Below are positions 23,990-35,913 of a stretch of 64,000 nucleotides of DNA, in pieces. Below the pieces are notes generated by a model that did no database searches, was not told the origin of the DNA, and worked only from the letters and a program-made list of their open reading frames with translations. Made by a program: the position numbers and the translations under genes. This stretch comes from Selaginella moellendorffii (Eukaryota > Plantae > Lycopodiophyta). The DNA is taken from the NCBI RefSeq assembly GCF_000143415.4, contig NW_003314281.1, positions 1,527,882 through 1,591,881 of the forward strand, read 5' to 3'. Every line of letters starts with the position of its first letter. The stretch's first letter is position 1.

Positions 23990-24085
23990 CTCTAGTTCGT
24001 GCTAGCGGCGAGTCCAATCATTTGGTTGAGGCAAGATATCTCGCCAATCTACTGATCGAGGCGTATGGAAAATGCGAGTGGCCCG
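23990..24085 (+). pseudogene. Remnant of the 5' coding end of the PPR gene at 25147
   Basis: gcggcgagtccaa..gaggcaa / gatatctcgccaatctactgatcgaggcg..ggaaaatgcgagtg matches 25247-25370 with an internal deletion and no ATG. Confidence 0.85.
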
Positions 24086-24412
24086 TGGAGGTTCAAGGCT
24101 AATAAATTCTGCATCCTTTGTTTGTAATACTATTGACTTTTAAAACAAAAGACCAATTATATTTAAGCCTTTATTTAATTTTCAAATTCTAATATTTTAT
24201 TCTTTCATAAAAATGGTTGAATGTGAAAACTAAAACAAAATTTATCAATAATTTTATTTTTAATTTTCTTTACCTAACATGAGTTATAAAATTTTAAAAA
24301 ATAGATTTTTTTAATTATTTAAAAATATTGATAAAAAAACTTAATAGAAAACATTATGCACTATACACATACAATCCTTGTTATAATTAATAAAACTATT
24401 TATCATATTTGT

Positions 24413-24446
<34 letters not shown>

Positions 24447-25049
24447 TAGTTAAATTACATTATTTATTGCTTTCCAATCGAAATCACAATTCTTAACAAA
24501 TACTTGAAAATTTGTTTAACAGCATTCTAATAAACTTCTCCTAGATTCTCGAGAAATGTTAATATAAATTTTCTAAATCTTATAATTTTACTTTAAAACT
24601 GTAATTTATTCCAAAATAATAACTATATTATTTTTAAACTCAAATACATATGTTTGTGATTTTTAAATTTTTTCTTCTATCAATTGCATAAGCTGTCAAT
24701 TGTTTATAAGGTTTTATTCCTTTGATCACACATTTGATATAAGAAATTGAATAAAATCAAATTGTTATATTAAGTTATTACTATTTCTGAGTTTGTAATC
24801 AGTAAGCAAGAAAGACGTTTGATTCTATGCCGAGTGTGTGCAGCTCATTCAACTGATTGAGATGTTTTCCATAGTTAGATATCTTGTGCAAAGGAACCAT
24901 GCATTTCTCCCATTGTGCTCCGCACTCCAAGTTGTCGTTTCGCCGAGTGGATGGAAAGACACGACATGAGTGGATGGTTTTGCTTATTTTTGTATCCTAT
25001 ACATGGAGAGAGGCATACGAATCAATGTTAGAGATTCTCGATCTGGATC

Positions 25050-25124
25050 TCCAGATCGATTGCCCGCGCGGCAAAATCCCCCGCATTTCACATGTCCCCA
25101 AGTGACTAGAATTCTCAGCTCCAT
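25050..25124 (-). pseudogene. Remnant of the 5' coding end of the PPR gene starting at 23949
   Basis: agatcgat.gcccgcgcggcaaaatcccc..catttc..atgtccc..agtga..ctccatggccaggcattctagct matches 23855-23966. Confidence 0.85.
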
Positions 25125-25146
25125 GGCCAGGCATTCTAGCTAAGTT

Positions 25147-26634
25147 ATGAGCGGCAATACTTCCACCAATTTCGCCCCACTTTCGCCTCCTCGGGCTCGA
25201 TCCTCTTCTGGCACTGCCGACGATCTCGCCCGGAGGATCCGTGCCAGCGGCGAGTCCAAGCATCTGGCTGAGGCAAACCGACTGGACGCCGAGATCGCAG
25301 TAAGCAGCGAGCATCGCCGGGACAGATATCTCGCCAATCTACTGATCGAGGCGTTTGGAAAATGCGAGTGCCTGGCATCCGCGCGGAGGGTCTTTGACTC
25401 GATCGATGAGCCAAACATCTTCTCATGGAGCATCATCATCTCCGCCTATGCCCAGAATGGGCAAGTGGAAATTGCGAGGGACTTGTACGAAGGAATGCCT
25501 ACTAAGAATGTGATCTCCGGGAACGCGCTCATAGCGGCATATGCCCAGAGCGGGAATATCCAGGCCGCCACGTCGATGTTTCGCCTGATGACTCAGCGCG
25601 ACATTGTGACGTGGAATACCCTGCTGGCTGCATATTCCCAGCAGGGGCATCTGGCAGATGCGAAGAGAACCTTTGGTTCTATGCCCGAGAGAGATGTAGT
25701 ATCGTGGACGACAATGCTGGGAGTCTACTGTCAAGATGGGAATCTTGAGGGATCCGAGAGAATCTTTAACTTGATGCCTGAAAAGAATATTGCCTCGTGG
25801 AACGCGCTCTTGGCCGCATATACCCAAAACAGGCATCTTGATGGTGCTAAAGAGACGTTTGCTTTGATGCCTTATAGGAATCTCGTGTCGTGGACGACGC
25901 TAATGGAGGCTTATGCAAAATCCGGGAATCTTTCAGACGCCAAGGAGACGTTCGACCAGATGCCGGAAAGGAATCTTGTGTCGTGGACCGTCATCCTGCT
26001 AGCATATGCCCAGCTTGGGCATATGGACAATGTCCGCGAGATGCTGGATGAGATTCCCCAGACGGACTCGGTGCTCCTGACTGCCATGATCACCTCATTT
26101 GCCCGCAGCGGGCATCTGATGGAATCCAAAGACATCTTCTTCGGCAGGATGAAAGGGTGCAAGAGCCTCGTCTCGTGGAACGCAATGCTGGACGCGTACG
26201 CGCTGAACGCGTGCTACGAGCAAGCGCTGAAGCTGCTCGAGTTCATGAGCTGGGAGGGCGTCCGGCCCGACGCCTTCACCTTCGTCACCATCCTCACGGC
26301 GTCGAGCCACCTGGGCGAGATCGAGAGGTGCAGAGAGGCTTTCGTCTCCATGGCGCAGGATCACGGGATGACCCCGGAGCTGGAGCATTACAGCTGCATG
26401 ATCGACATTCTTGGGCGCGGTGGGCGACTTGACAAAGCCGAGGATCTCATCCGAAACATGCCGTTTCAGCCCGAGCCGGTCCTGTGGCTCACTCTGCTGG
26501 CTGCGTGTAAGATGCACGGGGACTTGGATCGAGCAGCTCGCATTGGAGAGGAGGTGTCGAGGCTGGATCCTCAGCGCGGATCTACGTATCTGCTGCTTTC
26601 AAGTGCCTTTCAAAAAGATAGTTGTTCCACATAA
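25147..26634 (+). CDS. PLS-class PPR protein, E1/partial E2, no DYW
   Basis: 495-aa repeat ORF ending HYSCMIDILGRGG..WLTLLAACKMHGD..TYLLLSSAF. Confidence 0.93.
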   Translation: MSGNTSTNFAPLSPPRARSSSGTADDLARRIRASGESKHLAEANRLDAEIAVSSEHRRDRYLANLLIEAFGKCECLASARRVFDSIDEPNIFSWSIIISAYAQNGQVEIARDLYEGMPTKNVISGNALIAAYAQSGNIQAATSMFRLMTQRDIVTWNTLLAAYSQQGHLADAKRTFGSMPERDVVSWTTMLGVYCQDGNLEGSERIFNLMPEKNIASWNALLAAYTQNRHLDGAKETFALMPYRNLVSWTTLMEAYAKSGNLSDAKETFDQMPERNLVSWTVILLAYAQLGHMDNVREMLDEIPQTDSVLLTAMITSFARSGHLMESKDIFFGRMKGCKSLVSWNAMLDAYALNACYEQALKLLEFMSWEGVRPDAFTFVTILTASSHLGEIERCREAFVSMAQDHGMTPELEHYSCMIDILGRGGRLDKAEDLIRNMPFQPEPVLWLTLLAACKMHGDLDRAARIGEEVSRLDPQRGSTYLLLSSAFQKDSCST

Positions 26635-26712
26635 AACTCCACTCTTTTCTTATCAATAAGAAGAGTGTCTTGCTGCTACTATCAAGTTGCCACTATACTT
26701 ATAAATGGATAG

Positions 26713-28800
26713 ATGAAAAGATGCAAGACTTTAAAAAGAGAGTATCTAAGCTTTGATGATCTCAGGTCATATGGTACTGCATTGCAACAGGTGATTCGTT
26801 CCAAAGACATCTGTCGAGCAAAATCAATTCATGCAAAGCTTCAGGACAAGCAGCAAGATGGAAACACATTCCTTGGGAATCTCCTGGTGCAAATGTACGG
26901 AAGCTGCGGCAGCATTCAGGAATCGAGGCTGGCCTTTGATACCATCCAGCGGAAAAACGTCTTCTCATGGAACATCATGGTGTCCGCATTTGCCCACAAT
27001 GGGTATTTGCAGGAAACTATGGCGGCCTTTGGAAAAATGCCCTCACACAATGTTGTGTCGTGGAATGCAGTGGCGGCAGCGCTGGTTCAGAGTGGGAGCT
27101 TGGAAGACGCACGGCAGGTGTTCTTGAGGATGCCCGAGAAAAACCTCGTGTCATGGAATGCTCTTCTTGGTTTACATGCCCAGGCAGGGCATTTGGTGGA
27201 CGCGAAGCAGATCTTTGATGAGATGCCCCAAAGAGACGTTGTATCATGGAACACCCTTCTGTCAACCTTTGGACACGACAGAAAACAACATTCTATTGAT
27301 TCCGCAATGCTCGTGTTTGATCGAATTCCGCAGCACAGCGTCGTAACTTGGAATTCAGTGATTACCGCGAATGCCTTGGCAGGACATCTTGACACTGCCA
27401 AAGCTCTGTTTTTTGGAATGCCGGAGAGGGACGCTGTCTCTTGGAACTCCATCGTTGCTGGTTTCGTGCAAGGCGGGCGGATAGCCGACGGCAAGATCAT
27501 CTTCCGGAGAATGCCATTCCAGGATCTTGTATCACGGAACGCTGTGGCAGCGGCAGATGCGCTGGAAGGGGATCTTTGCTTTGCATTGCGGCTGTTCGAG
27601 CAGACGCGCAGCGCGATCATGGGCACGGCGCTCATCTCCGCCTACACCGCCTCCAATCGCCTCGAGGAAGCGCGCAAGATCTTTGCGATGATCCAAGACC
27701 AGGACGTGATTTCCTGGACGAGCATGATCGCGGGCTGCGCAGCGAACCAGCAGCTGGGCGAAGCGAGGCTGCTCTTCGATCGAATACCGCAGCGCGACAC
27801 CATCTCCTGGACCTCGATGATCGCATCCTACGCTCAGGCCGGGGACCTCCAAGAATCCATGAGCCTCTTCTCCGCGGCGCCCCACCGCGATGGCGTCTCC
27901 TACAATGCCATGATCCAGGCCTACGTCGTGAGTGGCAAGCTCAATCAAGCCCGGGCGTTCTTTGAGCAGATGTGCGTGGATGGGCAGCACAATCCCGGAT
28001 CCTGGAACACGATCATCGCGGCATACTCTCAAATCGGCCAGAGCCAGGAAGCGCTGAGAATCTTTCGCCGAATGGATCTGGAGGGCGTCCCAGCGAACGG
28101 CATTACCCTGATTTGCGCACTGGATGCTTGCACCAGCATCGCGGCGCTGGAGCTCGGCAGGATCATCCATGCCCACGCCATTGCCGCGCGGCTCTTCCGC
28201 GACGTTGGCGTCGCGACGCAGCTCATCGACATGTACGCGAAATGCGGCAAGCTCCGCGACGCGCGGCGCGTCTTCGATAAAATGGAGGAGCGAAACACAC
28301 TGACGTGGAACACGGTTATTGCGGCGTACCAAGGCCATGGTCAGAATCCGTGCGACCGTACAGGTCACGTTTTGGGCCTCTTTCTGGCCATGGTGAGCGA
28401 GGGATTCGAACCCAGCGACGTGACAATGCTTAGCGTGATCTCTGCGTTTAGTCACGCTGGGCTCTTGGAAGAGAGCTCGCATTACTTTGTTTCTAGCTCC
28501 TGGGATTTTGGAGTGGCGGTGAAGCTCGATCACTACCAGTGTGTGATTGATCTCTTGAGCCGGCTTGGAGAGCTGGGGACTGGCGAGGAACTCGTCGAGA
28601 GAATGCCGTTTGAACCCGACTTAACTGCGTGGAAAACGCTGTTAAGCGCATGTAGAGTTCATGGAGATTGTGAACGAGCTGTGAGAGCTGCTGTGAATAT
28701 TTTGGAGCTTGATCCGGACGATGGTTCTATTTATGCACTATTGGCTAACACCTACACATCCGATTTGGAGTTAAAAACTTCAAACCAAACATTGCATTAG
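26713..28800 (+). CDS. PLS-class PPR protein, E1/partial E2, no DYW
   Basis: 695-aa repeat ORF with a canonical P-L-S triplet (QLIDMYAKCG) and WKTLLSACRVHGD..YALLANTY. Confidence 0.93.
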   Translation: MKRCKTLKREYLSFDDLRSYGTALQQVIRSKDICRAKSIHAKLQDKQQDGNTFLGNLLVQMYGSCGSIQESRLAFDTIQRKNVFSWNIMVSAFAHNGYLQETMAAFGKMPSHNVVSWNAVAAALVQSGSLEDARQVFLRMPEKNLVSWNALLGLHAQAGHLVDAKQIFDEMPQRDVVSWNTLLSTFGHDRKQHSIDSAMLVFDRIPQHSVVTWNSVITANALAGHLDTAKALFFGMPERDAVSWNSIVAGFVQGGRIADGKIIFRRMPFQDLVSRNAVAAADALEGDLCFALRLFEQTRSAIMGTALISAYTASNRLEEARKIFAMIQDQDVISWTSMIAGCAANQQLGEARLLFDRIPQRDTISWTSMIASYAQAGDLQESMSLFSAAPHRDGVSYNAMIQAYVVSGKLNQARAFFEQMCVDGQHNPGSWNTIIAAYSQIGQSQEALRIFRRMDLEGVPANGITLICALDACTSIAALELGRIIHAHAIAARLFRDVGVATQLIDMYAKCGKLRDARRVFDKMEERNTLTWNTVIAAYQGHGQNPCDRTGHVLGLFLAMVSEGFEPSDVTMLSVISAFSHAGLLEESSHYFVSSSWDFGVAVKLDHYQCVIDLLSRLGELGTGEELVERMPFEPDLTAWKTLLSACRVHGDCERAVRAAVNILELDPDDGSIYALLANTYTSDLELKTSNQTLH

Positions 28801-29375
28801 ATTCCTTGTGGATAACATTTTCAAATATTTCTTCACTCAATCCTCAAATGTCCATGAGACTTGTTTTTGGTGTTCTTTATCATGCACTATAGAAGTGTTA
28901 TAAGTTACATGTCACATTAGTACATTTATCATTTCAGAAGAAATGTTCCATAATGCATAAAGAATTAATGTCACTACAATGGATTAATGTTTTTATTACA
29001 TCTTCTCAATAAGGAGTAGAAAAAAAATAAAAAATAAAATGCAAATTAAATAATTGTAGAGTTAAATGATCTATAATTTATAAAGAAAAGATTAATCTTA
29101 TTTCAGAATATACTAGAATATACTAGAAAGTGTTTATGAAGTTTTTAAATTATAAAAACAAGATTAATAAAAATAAAAATTATGCTTATATAATAGCTAA
29201 ACTACTTTATATAAAGGGATTATAACAAATTACAAGATCTATTAATGCCTCATTTTTATATTCCTCTAGATCCCAGCCTTTTGATAAAAGAACATTAACT
29301 GCTTTCTATCTTTCCCATAAAAGTGGATGGAGAGTAAATATATATATGTATATATATGAAGCATTGTAAGAAAGT

Positions 29376-29380
<5 letters not shown>

Positions 29381-29427
<47 letters not shown>
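29381..29427. repeat. (AT)n microsatellite in an AT-rich island
   Basis: About 23 uninterrupted AT units. Confidence 0.95.
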
Positions 29428-29429
<2 letters not shown>

Positions 29430-30724
29430 AGTAATATCTCATTATTAAATACAGTCAAAATGTTATATAAACTTTTACTATATAAGATTAAGTTTATAAA
29501 TTAGTGGAAGTTAGTATTTGAATATTGAGCTATGAATTTGTACAATTTGATTGGTTTGCTGATTTTAAATAATATATATTATTCATATTTATTTTAATAT
29601 TAATATATTTTTGTGATTGCATAGAATATAGAATTATCATATTAAATTAGCCCAAAAGTCCTACCTTATATATTTGATAGCTACCAAAATACCATCAGAT
29701 ATTTTTTATTTTGTATTTTTACTTTTTTAGGAATGACAAAATTTATTTGACACATAATGTTAGTAGTTTCTTTAAATATGGTATTAAAAATATAGCTTAA
29801 AATTTAAAATTATTATAATACTTATGCTCTAGGTACTTGGAATTTTTGTTTATTGTAGATCAACATTTTCAATTCTTTATTTAGTAAGACATAAAATATT
29901 CTATAAACTTTAGAAAAACTAAATACATAAGTGCTAATTCAATGTACATACTTTTAAAATATAAAATTTAACAAGATACTAAATAAACTCATATAAAATT
30001 TTAATCTTTATTATATATATATAATATTTTTTAAATGTATTTTGATTTGATATAGTCTTACAATATACTTAAATATTAAAAAAATATTAAATTTTTTCAA
30101 ATGAGAAATCAGCAAGTTTGTGGCTAACAAGTAGCTGGATGTCGTGAAAGTTAACATGCTCTAGTTGAGCGTGCCAGAGCTATTTATTAAAATGTATAAA
30201 TTATAAAAAAACATTAAAAAAATTAGAAACACATTGTTTTGGGAAGAGATAAGTATTCATATTAGTTTTTTAAAAGCTTGAAAGCATTTTATTTTTGTGA
30301 GAAAGAATATTCTCATTATTTTTTTCTTTAAAAACTTTTAAAAGATGCAAAATAAAAATAAATTAATATTCCTAGCTTTTAAGCATTCTCTATACACTCA
30401 GCAGCATCTACCCAATTAAGTCAGGGCATTCTCATACAGCATGTCACAGCATCTGACATACACAGCATCTACGATGTCAATCGGCAAGTTCCCCACTAAT
30501 CTCCACAATCACGCACTCCCTTAGTATTTTCTTGGAATTTTTTTCTAAAAGCGTGAATATTATAACTTACGGTGAAATATCTAACTGCGAAGTGATAGCG
30601 CTCGGCGATCTGGTGGTGGACATGGCCATCGCTACCGTAAAGACGGTGGATCTCGACCATAAAGACGGTGGCGGTGGATCTCGACGATGTTTTCTTGTTG
30701 ATTTGTAGCTTTTTATTTGGGCGA

Positions 30725-32610
30725 TCAGACAATAAGGTCGCAGTCGAGAGTACGAAACAAGAATTCAATCTCTTCGGCACGAACGCTTTCTAACTGAGAA
30801 GGCTGCCACTTTGGTTTCTGGAAGACAGTATAAGCTCAACGGTGAGAAGAGAGTAAATTTACCTGGTCCTTGTCTACTAGAACAGCTCGAACTCCTTCAA
30901 AGAAGTCATCTCGAACGGCAATTCGAAGAGCCATACGATACTCCGACTTCATTACGTCCTCAATCTACCATAATTTCACGAACATTAGATAACGAAAAAA
31001 AGAAAGCACAAGCATACCTGTGCGGATGGATTCAAAGCCACTGAGGAGAAATGCTTGTGAGTGGCTTCCAGACTGAATGGTGCGGCCTTTTGAATCCCCG
31101 CGAGAGCAGCTTTTGCCCACTCGGCAACTGGAAGGAACAACGTAAAAAAGCTCAGAACAATACTAAACTTCTAGACCTTTCGCATCCGAAGAGTGCTGCT
31201 CTTTCTCCAAAGCCGTTATTGATTCGGAGACCGATTTATCTGGACCGAAAGCTGAGGATATGCGAGGCAACAGCGTCTTGAGCTGGGCAGGAGCTTCAGG
31301 TTTACCGCCGAAAACTTTGAGGGCATCTTCCACTGCTTCAGAAGCATTGGACCTTATCGAATCAATGTTAACATAGAACCATCCAAAAAGTGAGAAGCTT
31401 CTTACAAGTCCTTGGCCAGAAGAGATTCCTTCAACGATGACAAGTTCTCCGAAGGCACGAAATGCGTTCCCAGTCCCACAAAGAGAGCATCAGCAGGTTC
31501 ATTGACTCGCGCACCGGATAAACCGAGATAAGTTCCTACAATCTCAAGCTATTTCACATCCACAAGGAAAACAAAAGGACAAACAATCTTTCTACGAAAC
31601 TCACCTACAGCTCCATTTGCAGGAGTTCGAGCTGCTATATATGCAAAACCAACGTCTGGAAACAAGCCGATTCCATTCTCAGGCATGGCAAGAACCGTCC
31701 TCTGATCACAAAAAAACGCAAAGCTTAGCTTCGAAACGAGCCACCACAGACCTCGGTAATCACGCGATACTTGCCATGGCCCGACAAGCCGATGCCAAAA
31801 CCCATGGTTATCCCGTCCATCAACGAGATGTAAGGTTTTTGGTAGCGAGCAATCGTGCAGATTAAGCTGTACTCAGCTGAGAACACCTACATTAGAAAAC
31901 AACGAGATTTGTCAGCCTCAGAAGTTGATAGTGCATGACTATCAACTAGGATAGACAAATAGGAATGGAAAAGAAGGAAAAAAAGAAAAGAAAGGAAACA
32001 ATGCAACCTTGACAGCCAGTTTATGCATCCCAAATAACTTGCAGCCAGTGGTGGTCATCCACTTTACATCTCCTCCGGCATTTACTCTTGTCAAGAAAAC
32101 AAAATTTAAGCTCTAGACTAGACATGGTGCATGAAAAGCTTTTCCTATGGAAGTCTTTCAAAGCAGGCAGCCTGAGAGACACCCTTGAAATTCACACCTG
32201 TTGCAAGAGAGGTGAATGGATGTCATCTTTTAGAGTCGCTGCGAGCCACTTCACATCCATTCCTGGATAAGGATTAAGTAGTGAAACAGGCAAAAACGAA
32301 TTCCGTCGTCTAAAGTTCTACCTGAGAAGGAACTTTGATCAGGACTTTACCTGCGGAGAATGCGCGCGACGAGCTGCTTTCCACAAGAACGGCCTTCACA
32401 GCGGGATTCGCTGCCCATTCGTCAAGATAGTTCTTATACGCCACATCCATGTCTGATCAAGAGATTTCGATGAGAGAGCTGGAGAATGTAGCTCATAAAA
32501 ACCCAAGAAATTTCTGGAGTACCTAGATTCATCGCGTTGAGCGCCTTGGGCCGATCAAGCGTGAGCACAGCCAGGCCATTCGGCGAGACGCTCCCTCGAA
32601 CGAACTCCAT
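30725..32610 (-). CDS. 3-hydroxyisobutyryl-CoA hydrolase-like (enoyl-CoA hydratase/isomerase family), multi-exon; absent from the ORF track
   Basis: Manual splicing gives [53 protein letters not shown]..-VFSAEYSLI..[17 protein letters not shown]..[10 protein letters not shown]..LIV*. Confidence 0.9.
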
Positions 32611-32717
32611 AGCCTAGCTACAAATCACAAACCCTGGAATCTAAATTGTCTGCCTGCCATGTGGGTATAACATAAAGTAAATGCCCGGGAATATCCCGAT
32701 TTTGAAATTTAAAAAGC

Positions 32718-34772
32718 ATGGATTTTGCCGCCGTGGAGCGGCTCATCAGATGCGAACCACTCCCGCGAGCCCGGGACATCGTCCAGTCCGTACAGAGAAA
32801 GAGCCCTACTTCTGGCACATACCTGGCCAATCTCCTGGTCCAGCGGTACGGCCGATGCGGCGACATCGATCAGGCCTTGAGGATCTTCCAGTCGATCGAG
32901 GCCAAGGACTCCTTCTCATGGAATCTGATGCTAGCGGCATATGCCCAGAATGGGAGACTCGAGGAGTCCGAGAGCTTCTTCTCGGCAATGCCACACAAGG
33001 ATCTAGTTTCGTGGACGACGATGCTATCGGCCTACTCAAGCGATGGCAAGCTCGACGATGCGCGGTGGATCTTCGATCAGATGCCACACAGAAGCATCGC
33101 GTCGTGGAACGCGATGCTTACTGCGTATGCCGTGTCGGGGCATCTGGAGGGTGTTAAGTTGTTCTTTGATTCCATGCAGAAGACCAACATGGTTTCGTGG
33201 ATCACGCTTCTCAACGCGTACACGAAGCTGGGATCTTTCAATGAAGCTAGAGATATCTTCAACTCCATGCCCGATCGGAGCCTGGCCGCCTGGAACTCGA
33301 TCCTCACGGCTGCTGCTCACAAAGGGGAATTTGCTGATGCCGAGGATATTTTTCTGAGACTGCTGCCATGCCGGGACATCAGGTCATGGAACTCGATGCT
33401 CGGAGCTGTAGCGAAATCACAAAGTATTGCAAGAACACAGGACTTTTTTCATAGCTCAATGCCGGAGATGAATATAATGTCGTGGACTACAATGCTCGCG
33501 GCATTGGCCAACAATGGGGATTTCGGTAAGGCTAGCGCTTTTCTTAACTCCATGCCCGTCTCAAACATCGTCTCTTGGAACTCCCTTCTTTGCGCTTCCA
33601 CAAAAGCTGGAGACTACGTAGGATCAAGTAGAATATTCGATGCAATGCCAGAGCACCACCTTCCCTCGTGCAATGCGGTACTCGAAGCATATTCCCAGCT
33701 CGGGTATCCTCATCGTGTTAGACTCTTATTTGATTCTATGCCCGAGCGCGATATGGCGACGTGGACAATAGTATTAACGGCATATTCACAGCTACGGCAT
33801 CTTGCCTTGGTAGAAGATGTCTTTAACAATATGCCTTTCCACGACCTTTTTTCGTGGACGGCTATGCTCTCAGCATATTCACTTAGTGGGAATCTTTCAA
33901 AGTGCGAGAAGATGTTTCTCTCCATGAAAAAGGTTGACTTTGTTTGTGTGAATGCTATGGTCACTGCTTATGCCCGAAACGGACATCTTGAAGAGTGCAA
34001 GTCTCTCTTTGATAAAACACCATCATCGAACCTTGTGCTGCAGAATTCAATGCTATCAGCCTTTTGCAAAGCTGGCTATATCAACGATGCCAAAACCTTG
34101 TTTGACTCAATGCCAGAGAGAGACTTGGTTTCCTGGAATTCCATCCTTGATGTGTATTGTGAAAATGGGGATTTGCAGGAAACAAAGTTCTTGTTTGACC
34201 TCATGCCCGAGAAATCAACTGTCTCGTTCAACATCATGTTAGCGGCCTATAGCCAGGGTCAACAGGTGGATTTGGCGAGGATGTTTTTTGAAACAATGCC
34301 AGAATGGGATCTTGTGTCTTGGAGCACAATGCTTGCAATGAACACACACAATGGGCGCTTTTCTGAGACAATCAAGTGTTTTGAATCCATGGCACTTGAA
34401 GCTGTAGATGCAGATCTAGTCTCCTTCACATCAGTTCTCCTGGGTTGCAACCATGCAGGAGATCTCAAAACAGGGCTCTTGATATTTTTATCCATGGGAT
34501 TTGATTATGGTATAGAGAATCCAACTAAGCAGCAGTATGGTTGTGTTATTGACTTGGTGGCAAGAGCTGGGTATTTGGAAGTAGCCGAGAGTTTGATTCT
34601 TAGCATGCCTTTTGTTGCCGAAGTTTCGGATTGGATGTGTTTAATCTCGGCTTGTTGCAACCATAATCAAGGTTTTGAGGTTGGTTGTAGGGCTTACAAT
34701 AAAGCAGCAGCATTGAATACAAAGGCATCTGGGTCATTTGTGTTGATGTCAAATATTTTCTCATTACAATAA
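32718..34772 (+). CDS. PLS-class PPR protein, E-type, no DYW
   Basis: 684-aa repeat ORF ending QYGCVIDLVARAG..WMCLISACCNH..SFVLMSNIF; divergent from the HIBCH-like gene with 107 bp between ATGs. Confidence 0.93.
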   Translation: MDFAAVERLIRCEPLPRARDIVQSVQRKSPTSGTYLANLLVQRYGRCGDIDQALRIFQSIEAKDSFSWNLMLAAYAQNGRLEESESFFSAMPHKDLVSWTTMLSAYSSDGKLDDARWIFDQMPHRSIASWNAMLTAYAVSGHLEGVKLFFDSMQKTNMVSWITLLNAYTKLGSFNEARDIFNSMPDRSLAAWNSILTAAAHKGEFADAEDIFLRLLPCRDIRSWNSMLGAVAKSQSIARTQDFFHSSMPEMNIMSWTTMLAALANNGDFGKASAFLNSMPVSNIVSWNSLLCASTKAGDYVGSSRIFDAMPEHHLPSCNAVLEAYSQLGYPHRVRLLFDSMPERDMATWTIVLTAYSQLRHLALVEDVFNNMPFHDLFSWTAMLSAYSLSGNLSKCEKMFLSMKKVDFVCVNAMVTAYARNGHLEECKSLFDKTPSSNLVLQNSMLSAFCKAGYINDAKTLFDSMPERDLVSWNSILDVYCENGDLQETKFLFDLMPEKSTVSFNIMLAAYSQGQQVDLARMFFETMPEWDLVSWSTMLAMNTHNGRFSETIKCFESMALEAVDADLVSFTSVLLGCNHAGDLKTGLLIFLSMGFDYGIENPTKQQYGCVIDLVARAGYLEVAESLILSMPFVAEVSDWMCLISACCNHNQGFEVGCRAYNKAAALNTKASGSFVLMSNIFSLQ

Positions 34773-34836
34773 CTAATATTTAAACCAAAATATTATTGAA
34801 TAAAGTATATTATTTCAAGGAAATATGATATAAACT

Positions 34837-35562
34837 ATGGTGATCTCAAATTTCCCTTTCACAATTGTAAGTTCGTCTTGTTCAGCCGGCTTTGAAGAAC
34901 TAACTGATGCATGGCAGTTAAGCACGACTGCGCTTTTGGTGTTCATTGTGGCTGGTAAATGCTGCATAGATTTGGTGAAGAACAGTAGTCTTGGCACAGA
35001 TCCTTCATACTGGTCGTCAGATTGTCTATTCGATTGTACCCACGCAACGCCTGTCATGGCTGCTGTATAGCCAACCGGACCAATTTGTATCGTGTGTCAG
35101 CACATATTTGGGATACATGGGTGGAGCCTTCAACATTGCGAGGTAGAGCTATGGAACTTAACGAGTATCACTAATGTTTCTAGTGCAAGGAGGGATTTTG
35201 CGGCTTCTGGCCTCGTTGGAGCCAGTGGTCTCAGTGGTGGTTGTTCGTGGCCTCTTCCTTTTGGCACCAATGGAGGTTCAGTTTCGTCAAGACTCACCGA
35301 TTCGGAAATGAAAACGCAGGCAATACCTTCGATTCTTTTACTACTTCGAGCTTTTGGTAGCGAACAGTGCATTTGTTTCAACTCCAAATTGCAAATATGA
35401 GGAAAACCACTTACCTTTGTGGACGACTGGAAGTCCAGCGTTTACTGGCATTTTTTAGAAAAGTGTCCGACAAACAAAGGCTCCGAAAGGCAGCAACAGC
35501 CGGATTTTCTGAAGATGGCTCAAGCAGCTTTGCAAAAACCAGAACTGGAGGCTGTTGCGGAG
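34837..35562 (+). pseudogene. Possible unidentified pseudo-exon
   Basis: ORFs starting 34837, 35092 and 35419 share one frame broken only by TAG 35068 and TGA 35398, followed by a donor-like GAG|gtacgt. Confidence 0.3.
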
Positions 35563-35913
35563 GTACGTATGGCTAGGATTCAATTACTACAGAACTTGCA
35601 AATTTTTTTTCCAAAGCACCATTAAAACTGCATCCCTGTCAAAGCATCTAGAAATCATAAAAATACTTGAGGGATCTTGTCATATTTAGCTATGTCATTG
35701 TGGACAGAATATCATGCTCCACGTGACAGTGCTCGGTTGTCTTCGACATGACATATTAACAGCAGCTGCTGTGTTTTTTAATTGGTCCTAATGGAAAGAC
35801 GACCTGCTACTACTGGCTAAGCATGACTATGATGGGAGATCAGCAGCAAGAATGCTTCTGCTAGCTATTTATCTTCGTTACTCTGAGACTGTGTGATGGT
35901 GCGAGAGTAGAGA

